Position numbers and translations under genes: made by a program
Source of the DNA: an uncultured virus (IMG/VR IMGVR_UViG_2863298641_000001)
Taxonomy: Duplodnaviria; Heunggongvirae; Uroviricota; Caudoviricetes
Virus record (IMG/VR): IMGVR_UViG_2863298641_000001
DNA length: 64,000 bases
Strand: one strand, 5' to 3'
Shown: positions 18,257 to 27,697 of the stretch, one piece after another
How the letters are laid out: each line of letters begins with the position of its first letter
Numbering within the stretch: the stretch's first letter is position 1
Notes under the pieces: generated by a model
Told to the model about the DNA's origin: nothing
What the model saw: the letters and a program-made list of their open reading frames with translations, nothing else
Databases searched by the model: none

Positions 18257-18703
18257 TCACTGGTTCGCGGCGGGCCTCCCGAACAGCCCTGCCAGCTGTC
18301 GCGCTCCGGAGCCGTGCTTGCCTCCGAAGCGGATGACGTTGCTCTTGGTGCGCTGCTCCACGCCCGGTCGCGGGATCGGATCCGGTGGGCGCAGACGGCT
18401 CGTCTTCTTCGGGTCGCCGTGCAGCTTGACCATGGCGAAGGTGTTTTCACGCTGCGCGTCGATCAGAGCCGCCAGCAGATGCCGGTCCAGCGTCCACGCC
18501 TCTTGCTCAGGCGACGCCCCGCGCACCGCCCGCGCGGTCGCCGAGTCCTGCGGCAGGTACCGCAGGAAGACGCGCAGCTCACGCCACGACATCTCCCCGC
18601 GATACAGCTCCAGCAGCGAGCGGCCGGGCCAGTAGCGGGCGACGTCCCACTCGACGGCCTCCCCGTACTCCGTCAGGAAGCGGCGGAGGCCGGTGATTCC
18701 CCC
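18257..18703 (-). CDS. Tail assembly chaperone, frameshift extension (gpGT-like T part)
   Basis: Overlaps the end of the upstream chaperone in the -1 frame at GGGGGAA. Confidence 0.8.
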   Translation of the reverse strand, partial: GGITGLRRFLTEYGEAVEWDVARYWPGRSLLELYRGEMSWRELRVFLRYLPQDSATARAVRGASPEQEAWTLDRHLLAALIDAQRENTFAMVKLHGDPKKTSRLRPPDPIPRPGVEQRTKSNVIRFGGKHGSGARQLAGLFGRPAANQ

Positions 18704-19005
18704 GGCTCCAGCCCGGACCGCTTCTGCCACTCCTGGGCGATCAGCTCGATGTCGAGGAACGTGAACCCAGCCTCGTACATCTCGCGGAGCTTCTCAGCGC
18801 CGAGGACGTCCCGCAGCACGCCAGGCACGTTGTTCAGGTCGCCGACGCGCTCCTGCAGCTCGAACGGCAGCAGGCGCATCGGCGGCAGCGTGAAGGTGAC
18901 ATCGTGCAGCTCGTAGGTGGTCGGCTGCGGCAGTGCGTCGCGGCGCTGCTTGGCGAGGGAATCGAGGGAGACGACTTCCGTCCCCGCCGGCTTGCTGGTG
19001 GCCAT
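18673..19005 (-). CDS. Tail assembly chaperone (gpG-like)
   Basis: Between major tail and tape measure. AGGAG RBS. Ends LEPGES. Confidence 0.85.
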   Translation of the reverse strand: MATSKPAGTEVVSLDSLAKQRRDALPQPTTYELHDVTFTLPPMRLLPFELQERVGDLNNVPGVLRDVLGAEKLREMYEAGFTFLDIELIAQEWQKRSGLEPGESPASAAS

Positions 19006-19079
19006 GGGTTCTCCTAGCGGGTTCGCGGGTTGAACCCCGGCAGGCGACGACCCGCGTGCGTGCCTGCCGGGGAGAAGGG

Positions 19080-19640
19080 TTACGCCGCGGCCCAGGCCGG
19101 GTCGTTGGACAGCCACACCGCGATCTCAGGGGCGGCGTCGGCGTAGGCCGAGACGGTCATCGGCAGGGACACGGCGCCCGACCGGGCCAGCGTGATCGAG
19201 TCTCGGTTGGTGACCTCACCCCGGGAGACGATGAGCCGGTTGACGATGTCGCCGTCCGTCCACTCCAGGCCGATCGCCCGCTCGTCCGGGTCCGGAGCGG
19301 CCGGGATGGCCAGCTTGTGCACGCCGGTCGTGACGTCCGTCATCGTGGCGGACGGGAAGTAGAGCGTCACCGTGCTGGTCTTCAACTCGATGCAGGTGAA
19401 CCCGAGCGTCATGTCCACACCGGTGAGGATCTTCCGGACCGGGGACAGGGACTGCCACGCGTTCACGTCCTCGGTGTCCGTGCTGTAGCTCAGCTCCACA
19501 CCGTCGTCGGACAGGTAACCGAGATCCACCCAGCCCGCCGGCCAGGCCGAATCCAGGTCACTCGGGGCGGTGGTCCCCTTCGGGGCGATGTAGACGTTTC
19601 CGTTCAGGCCAACGCGCACGTTGTCAGCGTCGAGAGCCAC
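19080..19640 (-). CDS. Major tail (tube) protein
   Basis: GNVYIAPKGT..P...GWVDLGYLSDDGV...AWQ motif. Confidence 0.92.
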   Translation of the reverse strand: MALDADNVRVGLNGNVYIAPKGTTAPSDLDSAWPAGWVDLGYLSDDGVELSYSTDTEDVNAWQSLSPVRKILTGVDMTLGFTCIELKTSTVTLYFPSATMTDVTTGVHKLAIPAAPDPDERAIGLEWTDGDIVNRLIVSRGEVTNRDSITLARSGAVSLPMTVSAYADAAPEIAVWLSNDPAWAAA

Positions 19641-19724
19641 GGGATGCCTCCAGGCATAGCGAGGACCCGCACGGCCAGACGCCGACGGGTGAAATGGTCA
19701 GGTACAGGTGCGGGTTGGGTCGTG

Positions 19725-20147
19725 CTATGCGGGGCGGACCACCATGCTCATCACGAGCACGTACCGCGGGATGGTGTCCGTCTCGGCCGAGGCCTGGTAC
19801 GGCAGCCAGATCAGGCTGGTCTCGTCCACGCCGTAGATGCGGGCGCCCGGCTGCGCCGTTCCTTGCGCGGCGATGAGCCGGGCGGAGACGTCGGCAGCAA
19901 GGGTGAAAGCCTGCTTCTTCGTAGCACCGAGGATGTCGATGTCGATGGTGCGGTCCGCGGTCACGGCCTTGAGCCGGGAGCCGCCGCCGCCGAGGGTCAC
20001 GGAGACCACGCCGCCGGCCAGCTTGGACGCCAGGTTCGCCGGCCACTCGGTACCCACGCTCGTGCCAGCGGGCAGGCTGGCCTTGAGGATGGCGGCGACA
20101 ACCTGCTCGACGTCCGGCATTGCCTCTGTCGGCAGGCTGCCGCTCAC
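19725..20147 (-). CDS. Tail terminator protein
   Basis: PDVEQVV...GGG...IDIDILG...PRYV, position before the major tail gene. Confidence 0.8.
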   Translation of the reverse strand: MSGSLPTEAMPDVEQVVAAILKASLPAGTSVGTEWPANLASKLAGGVVSVTLGGGGSRLKAVTADRTIDIDILGATKKQAFTLAADVSARLIAAQGTAQPGARIYGVDETSLIWLPYQASAETDTIPRYVLVMSMVVRPA

Positions 20148-20347
20148 CGCTTCTTCCGGCCCGTCTCCGGCTCCGGCTGAGCGGGTTCCTCCACCGTCTT
20201 CGACGGCGCCTGCTCCTCCTGCGCCGTCTCCTCGACCGGCTCGGCGACGAGCCCGTCCCGGCGCAGAGCCTTCGCGGTGACCTCGTCGACGTCGATCTCC
20301 TCGCCGGGGGCCTTGTCCCCGTACCAGGAGGCGAGCTTGATACGCAT
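20144..20347 (-). CDS. Small virion-associated protein
   Basis: MRIKLASWYGDKAPGEEIDVDE...LRRDGLV, coupled overlaps with both neighbours. Confidence 0.7.
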   Translation of the reverse strand: MRIKLASWYGDKAPGEEIDVDEVTAKALRRDGLVAEPVEETAQEEQAPSKTVEEPAQPEPETGRKKR

Positions 20348-20724
20348 CAGGCACTCCTCAGTGCGTCCAGGGCACGCCCGAGCGTGCGCGTCTTCGGAGA
20401 CCAGCCCGCCTGGGGGCGGTCCCGGGATGTGGCCGGGCGGCCCGAGCCGAACTCGACCTGCCCCCACCAGGCCGCGGTTGCCCCGAACTCGGCTCGCCAG
20501 CCGTTCGGCCGCATCGCCGCGGCCGAGTAGATGCTGTTGCGGTACTCGCCGTGCCGCTCCACCGTCGGGTCATAGGTGGGGCCCGTGTAGGACGGGGCGA
20601 TGGCGCGGGCCACATCGGCGCCACGGTCCGCGGCATCCATCAAGGCGTCCCGCATCTGCGAGGACCGGGCCAGCTCGTCATACATGCGCGGATTGGGCAC
20701 GAACCGGAAGGTCGCGCGGGCCAT
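20347..20724 (-). CDS. HK97 gp10-like neck/tail completion protein
   Basis: ARAIAP...GEYRNSI...VEFGS...LGRALD. Confidence 0.8.
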   Translation of the reverse strand: MARATFRFVPNPRMYDELARSSQMRDALMDAADRGADVARAIAPSYTGPTYDPTVERHGEYRNSIYSAAAMRPNGWRAEFGATAAWWGQVEFGSGRPATSRDRPQAGWSPKTRTLGRALDALRSA

Positions 20725-21062
20725 CAGGCCACCTCCCTCAGATCCGCCTCCACGTGGTGGACTCCCCCGCCCGGCGCGGGCCAGCGGGCCACCTTGCCGA
20801 TGACCTGCATCGTCGTCCCCCACGCCTCAATGCGGTCCGTCTCCCGCAGATCGATGTCCATGCCGCGCGGCGTGTACAGCCGCCACCCAGTGACGGTGAC
20901 CTGCTTGTCGTCCGTGTCCTCCGTCGACCCGCCGGCCGGCTGCACATTCACCCCGGACACCGGAATGCGGGTCGCCCCGTCACCCCAGTCCTCCTGCTCG
21001 TTGCCGTACTCGTCCCCGGTGGTGCCGGGCCGGACGATGACGATGCTCTGCAGGTACAGCAT
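20724..21062 (-). CDS. Head-to-tail stopper
   Basis: DEYGNEQEDW...VQP...DRI...W...HHVEADL. Confidence 0.8.
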   Translation of the reverse strand: MLYLQSIVIVRPGTTGDEYGNEQEDWGDGATRIPVSGVNVQPAGGSTEDTDDKQVTVTGWRLYTPRGMDIDLRETDRIEAWGTTMQVIGKVARWPAPGGGVHHVEADLREVA

Positions 21063-21673
21063 CAGCGGCTCCGCAACTGCACGCTGCCCGCAGTGCGCCG
21101 GTACCGGTCCAGGACGCGCTGCTCCGTCTTCGACAGCAACACGCCCAGGTACTCACCGACCGCCGGGATCAGATAGGTGACGGACTCGCCGCCCACCGTC
21201 TCCGACCGGATCCCGGACGGGTTGACGATGACCCGGTTCGCGGCCTGCATCACAATCGCCTGGATCTCCCCGGGGACCGGGTCCCACCCGTGCGTGTAAG
21301 TGACCGTCACCTGCGGCGGCCGGTGCGCGGCAGGAGGCAGGCCCCACGTCCAGCCGCGGACGAGGAGATCGCTGCCGTCCTGCCACCAGTCCGCCGACAC
21401 CACGTCGCCGATCTTCACCTCGGTGATGTCGACGACCGGACGCTGCGGCAACGTCACCATCCCGCTGCAACGGTGCAACACCGGGTCCGCGCGGCGCATC
21501 GTGAACGTGTCCGTCGTCGTCGCCCGGGTGATGTCCTGCCGGACGTAGGCGCGGACCACGCTGGACGCCTGGTCCAGCAGGGCCTGCGCCTGCTGCTCCT
21601 GCTCGGTCGTGAACGTGCGGCCGAGCAGGGCGGCGAGGTCGGCCACCGTCGCCAGCGAAGGAAGCACAGCCAC
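21062..21673 (-). CDS. Head-to-tail adaptor
   Basis: LATVADL...LLDQASSVVR...VTYTHGW...NPSGIRSETVG...LDRYR. Confidence 0.85.
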   Translation of the reverse strand: MAVLPSLATVADLAALLGRTFTTEQEQQAQALLDQASSVVRAYVRQDITRATTTDTFTMRRADPVLHRCSGMVTLPQRPVVDITEVKIGDVVSADWWQDGSDLLVRGWTWGLPPAAHRPPQVTVTYTHGWDPVPGEIQAIVMQAANRVIVNPSGIRSETVGGESVTYLIPAVGEYLGVLLSKTEQRVLDRYRRTAGSVQLRSR

Positions 21674-21687
21674 GGCAGCCTCCCCTG

Positions 21688-21945
21688 TCAGCGCGCGCGG
21701 GCGTCGTCGTCGAGCTTTTGCCGGACCTCGCGCGCGTAGTCCGGGTCCGTCTCCGGCGTCGGCGCCCCGGACACGACGCCCTTGAGGGTGTACGCCTCGT
21801 TGTCGGTCGGGTCGACCTTCGTGCCGAAGAATCCCTGCTCCTCGGCCTCGTCGGTCGCCTTCTGGATGGCCTGGGCGGCGCCGTCGTTGGGCGTCTCCTG
21901 CGTCGTCTTGGACTGCCTGCTGCTGGTGCTCTTGGACTCGGCCAC
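21688..21945 (-). CDS. Small capsid-associated protein
   Basis: Follows the capsid gene, GGGAGG RBS. Confidence 0.7.
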   Translation of the reverse strand: MAESKSTSSRQSKTTQETPNDGAAQAIQKATDEAEEQGFFGTKVDPTDNEAYTLKGVVSGAPTPETDPDYAREVRQKLDDDARAR

Positions 21946-22011
21946 GGCCGATACCTCCCATGACAAAGCCCCGGCACCGAATCGGTGTCAGGGCGACGTG
22001 TGCGGGTTCGG

Positions 22012-22974
22012 TCAGGCGCCGACGGTCTTCAGGACGCCCACCGGGTAGCGGGAGGCCTCGGTCGGCTGGTCGTTGTTCAGGGTGTTCGCGACCTGCCAGC
22101 CCACGCGGAACGTGAGCCGGATGGCGGTCATGTCCTGTTGCGGCAGGTTGTAGACGATCGCCCCGGTGTTGTCGGTGATGACGGCCTGGTCCAGGACCTT
22201 CATGGTGATGTCCTGGCGGACGCCGACGATGAACTGGTTCCAGTCGCCGGCGAACAGGCGCACGCCGTCCACGCCGACACCGCCGGCCACGGGGAACAGG
22301 CCCCGCATCGGGTACATGACGGGGTATCCGTCGATGGCGTCGAGGGAGCCGGAGACGCGGCCGTCGTCGAGCTTGCGGCCCTGGCTGTCACGGGCGGCCC
22401 GCAGCTTGGCCTTCGTCGAGGTCGCGGCGACGAACCCGGTGACGTCGAAGCCGTCCTGCTCGACCACGCCGTAGACCTTGTCGATGTCGCCGAAGAAGCC
22501 GCCCTGCGTAGCAGTCGATCCCTCGTTGACCGAGTTCCCGGCCGCGGTCGCCGCCGACAGCAGGTTCGTCGGGAAGCTCGCGGGCGCGTTCGTGCCGAAG
22601 AACACGGCGGTGTCCAGTACCCGGCCGAATGCTTCGACGAGCAGCGGCATCGCGCTGTCCCAGATGTTCGCGTCGACGTCGGCGAGGACATTGTCCGGCA
22701 CCGGCATGATCGTCGCGATTTCTTCGACGTTCAGGTACTTGTTCGTCCAGTTGACCTCGGTCGTCTGCTTCAGACCCGTGTCACCGGTCACCCAGTACGC
22801 CATCGGCAGCGCCGACAGCACCGGGAAGCGGACCTGCCCGGCCGACACAGGCACCCGGCGGAACAGCTGCAGCACCGCCGACTGCTCGGTCGCCTTGCCG
22901 AGCATCTCGCTAGAGACCTCTTCGGGGATGAGCGCCTGCGCGTCGGTACGCGAGGTCAGGTTGTTGTAGGCCAT
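22012..22974 (-). CDS. Major capsid protein (HK97 fold)
   Basis: ALIPEE...SAVLQL...AYWV.....K...IATIMPV...DTAVFFG...GDW. Confidence 0.95.
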   Translation of the reverse strand: MAYNNLTSRTDAQALIPEEVSSEMLGKATEQSAVLQLFRRVPVSAGQVRFPVLSALPMAYWVTGDTGLKQTTEVNWTNKYLNVEEIATIMPVPDNVLADVDANIWDSAMPLLVEAFGRVLDTAVFFGTNAPASFPTNLLSAATAAGNSVNEGSTATQGGFFGDIDKVYGVVEQDGFDVTGFVAATSTKAKLRAARDSQGRKLDDGRVSGSLDAIDGYPVMYPMRGLFPVAGGVGVDGVRLFAGDWNQFIVGVRQDITMKVLDQAVITDNTGAIVYNLPQQDMTAIRLTFRVGWQVANTLNNDQPTEASRYPVGVLKTVGA

Positions 22975-23029
22975 GGTCCGGCCTCCTCCTTCAGGGATAC
23001 CGGCCGGACCGTGCCGTGCCGGGGGTCAG

Positions 23030-23530
23030 TCAGCCCCGACCGGCCGTCTGCCGGATCAGGTCATTCATGGAAGTGGGGCGGGTGGACTGCCGCACCCCAC
23101 CGTCGTAGCTCGGGGCGTTCCGCTGCTGCTGGGCGCCAAGATCGGCGAGCAGCTTCTCCGCGTCCGCTTCGAGCTCCTCCTTAGTTGAACCCTGCAGCCG
23201 CTGAGCCCAGCCAGCCGGGAGCTTCTTGTCCGCGGCGACCTCGTAGCGCAGGAGCTTCGCCGTCGCCCTCGCCGCAGCGGACTCGGCCTCGTTGGCTCGG
23301 TCGGCGAGCTTCTGGGCCTCGGTCTTGTCGCGGTCCTCGAACTCCTTGAGCTTCAGGCGAAGAGTCTCGGCCTCCTTGTTGGCCTTCCGCAGCGCCCGTT
23401 CGACCTCCGGGGGAACCTTCGTCTCACCGGAGTCCTTCGGCTGCTGAGCAGCCTGTGCGCCCGCAGCCTCGGTCACGCCCGTCTCGGGCGTCTCCTGGGC
23501 TTCCGGGGTGGTGCTGTTCTCGTCAGCCAT
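23030..23530 (-). CDS. Capsid scaffolding protein
   Basis: LRKANKEAETLRLKLKEFED...RLQGSTKEELEADAEKL. Confidence 0.9.
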   Translation of the reverse strand: MADENSTTPEAQETPETGVTEAAGAQAAQQPKDSGETKVPPEVERALRKANKEAETLRLKLKEFEDRDKTEAQKLADRANEAESAAARATAKLLRYEVAADKKLPAGWAQRLQGSTKEELEADAEKLLADLGAQQQRNAPSYDGGVRQSTRPTSMNDLIRQTAGRG

Positions 23531-23583
23531 CGCGGCCGACTCCTTCCAATCGCCCCGCCCTCGCGGCGGGGGACGCTTCGCGG

Positions 23584-24573
23584 CTACACGATGTAGCCGT
23601 ACCGGCGCAGCAGCTCGATCTGCTCATCGCGCTCCGGCGCCCGCCGGAAGATCTCCTGCGGAGTAAGGCGTGACTCGCTCGCCCGCGCATACCGCTCACC
23701 CGGAACGCGGGCGAAGCCGCCTCCAGCTCGCCGTACCGATCGCCCATACAGGCCTCGCCTGGTCACGCCCTCCGTAGTGGTTGGCCTGTAGCTGCGCCCC
23801 CGCACGCCGGCCAGATCCATGCCCCTGCGGGCGTTGACCACCTGCCCGATGTCCGCACCGCGGCTGATCGCTTTCGCCCCATCGACCGTGAACACCCGCC
23901 GCTGCTCCTTCGGGGACATGCGGGCAGCCAGCTCCTCCGGTGTCGGAACGTTGGGCCACTCGCGCTCACTCAGCGGGAGCGTTTCGCAGTCGCAGTTCGG
24001 GTGGCGCATGAAGCCCTCGCTGTAGCGGTACATCTGGCCGGACAGAACGATGCAGCGTGCGCAGGCAGGCAGCTGAACCACCCGCACATAGGCCACGCAG
24101 GACCGATTCGCGGCCATGCTCACTTGGTCAGCAGCGCGAGCTGTGTCCGCGACCGCCGTGGACGCATACCTGGCCATGTCCGCCAGGCCGCCCAGCATCG
24201 CCTCATCCGGAGCCATCCCGATCGCCAGACGACGCCGCACCCCTATGGCCGGTAGGTACAGCAGGGTCTCCAGTGGACCGCCGTCTGGCGCGATGCCAGC
24301 GAACGCCGCCGCTACGAGCGTGGCCTCCGCCAGCGCCGAGCCACCCTGGGCGACCATTTGCGCGGCAATGTAGGCCTGCGCCGCGTCCGCCACAGTCAAC
24401 TGACCTGTAGTGACAGCCGCGATGATCGCCGCGCCGGTCGGCCCTTCCAGGTCGGTCTCGACGGTCGCCGCAGACATGTCCTTCCAAAGCTCCTGCACCC
24501 GCTCTACAACGGACCGGACGACAGAGGACACCTGCTCGTAGCGGGTGCGGCCCAGCTCAACCGGCGTCGCCAT
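23584..24573 (-). CDS. MuF-like minor capsid/capsid maturation protein
   Basis: ACARCIVLSG...FMRHPNCDC motif, between portal and scaffold. Confidence 0.85.
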   Translation of the reverse strand: MATPVELGRTRYEQVSSVVRSVVERVQELWKDMSAATVETDLEGPTGAAIIAAVTTGQLTVADAAQAYIAAQMVAQGGSALAEATLVAAAFAGIAPDGGPLETLLYLPAIGVRRRLAIGMAPDEAMLGGLADMARYASTAVADTARAADQVSMAANRSCVAYVRVVQLPACARCIVLSGQMYRYSEGFMRHPNCDCETLPLSEREWPNVPTPEELAARMSPKEQRRVFTVDGAKAISRGADIGQVVNARRGMDLAGVRGRSYRPTTTEGVTRRGLYGRSVRRAGGGFARVPGERYARASESRLTPQEIFRRAPERDEQIELLRRYGYIV

Positions 24574-25987
24574 CAGCCACCGCCGGGTCCGTCGACGTCA
24601 CGTCCGGCTTCGGCCCGAACAGGGCCGCCGGATCACCGCCGAGGATCCGCGCCGCCTGCTGGTCAGCCAGCTGACGCCACTGAGCGATCTCCGTCTGCGA
24701 GGCGCCCCAGCGCTCCCACAGCGCCTCCCGGGGGACCCCGAGCGTGGACATCTTCAGCAGCGCGTCCACCAGCTCGCCTTCCGTCCTGAACTCGGGGTTA
24801 TGCCAGATCACCTCTAGCGCCGAGAGGTCCCGGGCATCGCCGGCAGCGTGCAGCGCCAGGCGCGCGATCTCCTCCAACCCCTCGCCGAGAGGACGCTGCC
24901 TCTGCCGCACCTTCGCCACGAGGCCGGACTCCGTCGCCTTTAGCGTCTCGCCGTTGACGTTGGACAGCTTGCCCAGCAGGTACTGGGCCGGGGTGCGCGT
25001 GCGCGCGGCCATGTGCTGCACGTCCGACTCGATCGAGTCGAGGTACGGCCGCAAGTCCGTGGCTTGGAACTCACCCACCTTGACGTTCTCGTCCTCGATG
25101 ACCCATAGCCGGTCCACGGCCGCCTTGAACGGCTCGATCGGCTGCCCGTCGTCGTCGGTCGGCACCTCATAGCCGGTCATCCACCGCTGCCGGAAGGCGC
25201 TGAACTCCTGTGCCATGAGCCGGTCGATCAGCGTCTTGTTGATGCGGTCCTGGTCGTCGAGGACATCCTCGATCTCTGAATGCGCCTCGCCCAACAGGTC
25301 GGGCCTGTTCGGGATCTCCACCAGCGGCACCACGTCCAGCGGGTTGACCGCTGGCCAGTCCTCGCCGCGGACCTCGCGCGGCTCCCACCGTGGTGTGCCG
25401 ACAGCGCCCGTTCGCGGTTCGGGCGCCCGGTACTTGAAGATGAGGCCATCGGCGAACAGCGTCGTCCACAGGTCTCCGGTCCAGTCGTCCGTGAACGTCT
25501 TCAGACCCGCCCGGCGACGGCGACGGCTCCCTGTCTCGTAGGACACGATGGCCTGCGTCGCATCCTCGGCTGTGATCAGCGGAGTAGCGACGTCCTCTGG
25601 ATTCGGCGCCACCAGCGCGAACGAACGGCCGACCTTCACCGCTTCCGTCAGCTGCAGGTCCGAGTCGGCGTCCATGCTGTTCGCCTGCCAGATTCGCCAC
25701 AGCTCCTGGTCGCCGACGTTCGCAGCCCCCAGGCGGAACCCGTCCACCTGTAGCCGTTCCGCAGTCGCGTCCACGACGAGCCCCACGTAGTTGGAACGGG
25801 CCTGCTTCAGCAGCCGCTGGAATCCCGGCCGCGCCTTCTCCTGGATCATCGGCAGTGGGTGGTCTCCCGAATAGTAGCGGCGCATTTTCTCCGCGTACTG
25901 CCGGCGTTCAGCCAGCTGCTTCCACAGCCGGTCCACCCACCACAGCGGCTCACCCGGCTGAGGCTTCTGCGACGGGGCCACGAGCAC
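24557..25987 (-). CDS. Portal protein (SPP1 gp6-like)
   Basis: YYSGDH, NYVGLVVD...ERL.VDGF, IWQANSMD, SEIEDV, N..GETLKATE. Confidence 0.95.
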   Translation of the reverse strand: MLVAPSQKPQPGEPLWWVDRLWKQLAERRQYAEKMRRYYSGDHPLPMIQEKARPGFQRLLKQARSNYVGLVVDATAERLQVDGFRLGAANVGDQELWRIWQANSMDADSDLQLTEAVKVGRSFALVAPNPEDVATPLITAEDATQAIVSYETGSRRRRRAGLKTFTDDWTGDLWTTLFADGLIFKYRAPEPRTGAVGTPRWEPREVRGEDWPAVNPLDVVPLVEIPNRPDLLGEAHSEIEDVLDDQDRINKTLIDRLMAQEFSAFRQRWMTGYEVPTDDDGQPIEPFKAAVDRLWVIEDENVKVGEFQATDLRPYLDSIESDVQHMAARTRTPAQYLLGKLSNVNGETLKATESGLVAKVRQRQRPLGEGLEEIARLALHAAGDARDLSALEVIWHNPEFRTEGELVDALLKMSTLGVPREALWERWGASQTEIAQWRQLADQQAARILGGDPAALFGPKPDVTSTDPAVADGDAG

Positions 25988-25996
25988 CCCCTCGCA

Positions 25997-27697
25997 TCAG
26001 AATCCGACCGCCACCCGGCTCTTCGCCTTCGGCCGCCGTAGGTATCCATCCAGGCCCATCACCGTCGCCGCGATCCCGTCGATGCGGGCCTGGCTCTTAC
26101 GCCTGTCCGGCTTCGTCGGCCGGTAGTTGTCGTTGCCGTCCGCGATCGTCTCCACGCAGCCGGCCATCCACCGCAGGATCGGATGCCCGCCATGCCGGAA
26201 CCGCTGCTCCAGCAGCAGCCGGTCCAGCTCCTTGCACGCGGGCGACAGCCCCAGGAACGTCTGGCTGATCGGCGTCACCTTCACGCCGCGCTTCGTCTCC
26301 CGGTCCACGTTCTGCACTAGCTGACCGGCGAACATCCGGTCGTAGCCGATCCACTGCACGTCGAAGTGCTTGCAGTCCGCCAGCACCTGCTTCTCGATCG
26401 TGTCGTAGTCGACCGCATCGCCCTCGGTCAGCTTCAGGAAGCCCTCGCGGGCCCACTGCGCCAGCGGCACCTGCAGATGCCGCTGCAGCTCCTCCAGCCG
26501 TTCCGACGGCAGCCAGAACCGGGACACCAGCTCGACCTCGACACCCGGCTGCTTCGACTCGACCGCCAACACCCAGGCACTCAGGTCGGACACCGCAGAC
26601 AGGTCCAGGCCGCCCCACGCGCGCCGCCCCTTCAGCGCCTGCTCGTCGACCATGCCCGCCACCCGGTCCCAGGAGCGGACGTCGATCCATCGCGTGGACG
26701 CCTTCTCACGGATGTTCAGCGACAGCCGCAGGAACGTCGGGTAGTAGCTCGGCGTGGACTTGGCCTTCTCGGCCTCGCGACGCATGTAGGCGAGCGACGG
26801 ACTAACTCCCAGCCCTGGGTTCGCCTTGGCCCACGTCTCGGGGCTGAAGGGGTCGTCAGTGTCCTCCGCTGCCCACACGACACCGTAGTGCGCCGGGTCT
26901 GTGACTACATGCTCAGCGACCTTGCGAGTGTACGAGTGCAGCTCGTCGTAGATGCTGCCCTCTTGGGCGTCATCCGCCGTCGTGATGAAGAAGATCATCG
27001 GCTGCGTTCTAGCGCCAACCCCAGTGGTGATCGCGTCGATGAGATCGCGATTCTTGTGCACGTGCACCTCGTCCACGACCGCGGCGTGTGGGCTGAGACC
27101 ATGAGCAGTCTCGGCGATCCGGCTGAGAGCGCGGAAGACTCCGCCCGTCCTGGGGACGCGAATAACGTTCGTCAGAACTTCCGCTCGGCCTCGCACCGCC
27201 TTCGACGTTTGGGCCATGCGCTTGGCGTCGTCGAACACGCGCTTCGCCTGCTCAAGCGAGCCGGCTGCCGCGTATACCTCCGCGCCGATCTCCCGGTCCG
27301 CGAGCAGCATGGTCAACGCAACGCCAGAAGAGAGCGTGCTCTTACCCGCCTTGCGTGGCACCTCGACCCACACAGCTCGCGCCACGCGAACTGGTAGCCC
27401 GAGCTCCTCGTCATGGTAAAGCCATCCGAAAATCGGCAGAATCACCCAAAGCTTCTGCCACCCGGCCAGCTTCAGCGGAGTCCCTCCCCAGCGCCCGCGC
27501 GTATGCTTGAAGCTTTCAATGGCACGTAGTGCACGCTTCGCCGCATCGACGTCGAAGTAGGCGCCGGGATGTTCGGACAGTTGGTTCGCAACGACGAGAG
27601 GACGAGCTGCGGCAGCCGCCGCGATCTCGTCATCCGTCATGCCAAGCTCAATTAGCGCCTCATATGGGACTGGGAGTCCATCGCGGGCCTCCGGCAT
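25997..27697 (-). CDS. terL: Terminase large subunit
   Basis: Walker A VPRKAGKS, Walker B AVVDEVH, ITTA, GGLDLS, RIDGIAA. Start is probably ATG 27697 rather than the track's 27844. Confidence 0.95.
   Translation of the reverse strand: MPEARDGLPVPYEALIELGMTDDEIAAAAAARPLVVANQLSEHPGAYFDVDAAKRALRAIESFKHTRGRWGGTPLKLAGWQKLWVILPIFGWLYHDEELGLPVRVARAVWVEVPRKAGKSTLSSGVALTMLLADREIGAEVYAAAGSLEQAKRVFDDAKRMAQTSKAVRGRAEVLTNVIRVPRTGGVFRALSRIAETAHGLSPHAAVVDEVHVHKNRDLIDAITTGVGARTQPMIFFITTADDAQEGSIYDELHSYTRKVAEHVVTDPAHYGVVWAAEDTDDPFSPETWAKANPGLGVSPSLAYMRREAEKAKSTPSYYPTFLRLSLNIREKASTRWIDVRSWDRVAGMVDEQALKGRRAWGGLDLSAVSDLSAWVLAVESKQPGVEVELVSRFWLPSERLEELQRHLQVPLAQWAREGFLKLTEGDAVDYDTIEKQVLADCKHFDVQWIGYDRMFAGQLVQNVDRETKRGVKVTPISQTFLGLSPACKELDRLLLEQRFRHGGHPILRWMAGCVETIADGNDNYRPTKPDRRKSQARIDGIAATVMGLDGYLRRPKAKSRVAVGF

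Noticed and set aside
16337..18916. Long antisense or alternate-frame ORFs (e.g. 16337-18916, 36004-37944, 36155-38071, 49456-51105, 55657-57456, 62085-63491)
   Set aside because: Shadow ORFs caused by stop-codon scarcity in high-GC DNA, overlapping well-supported genes.
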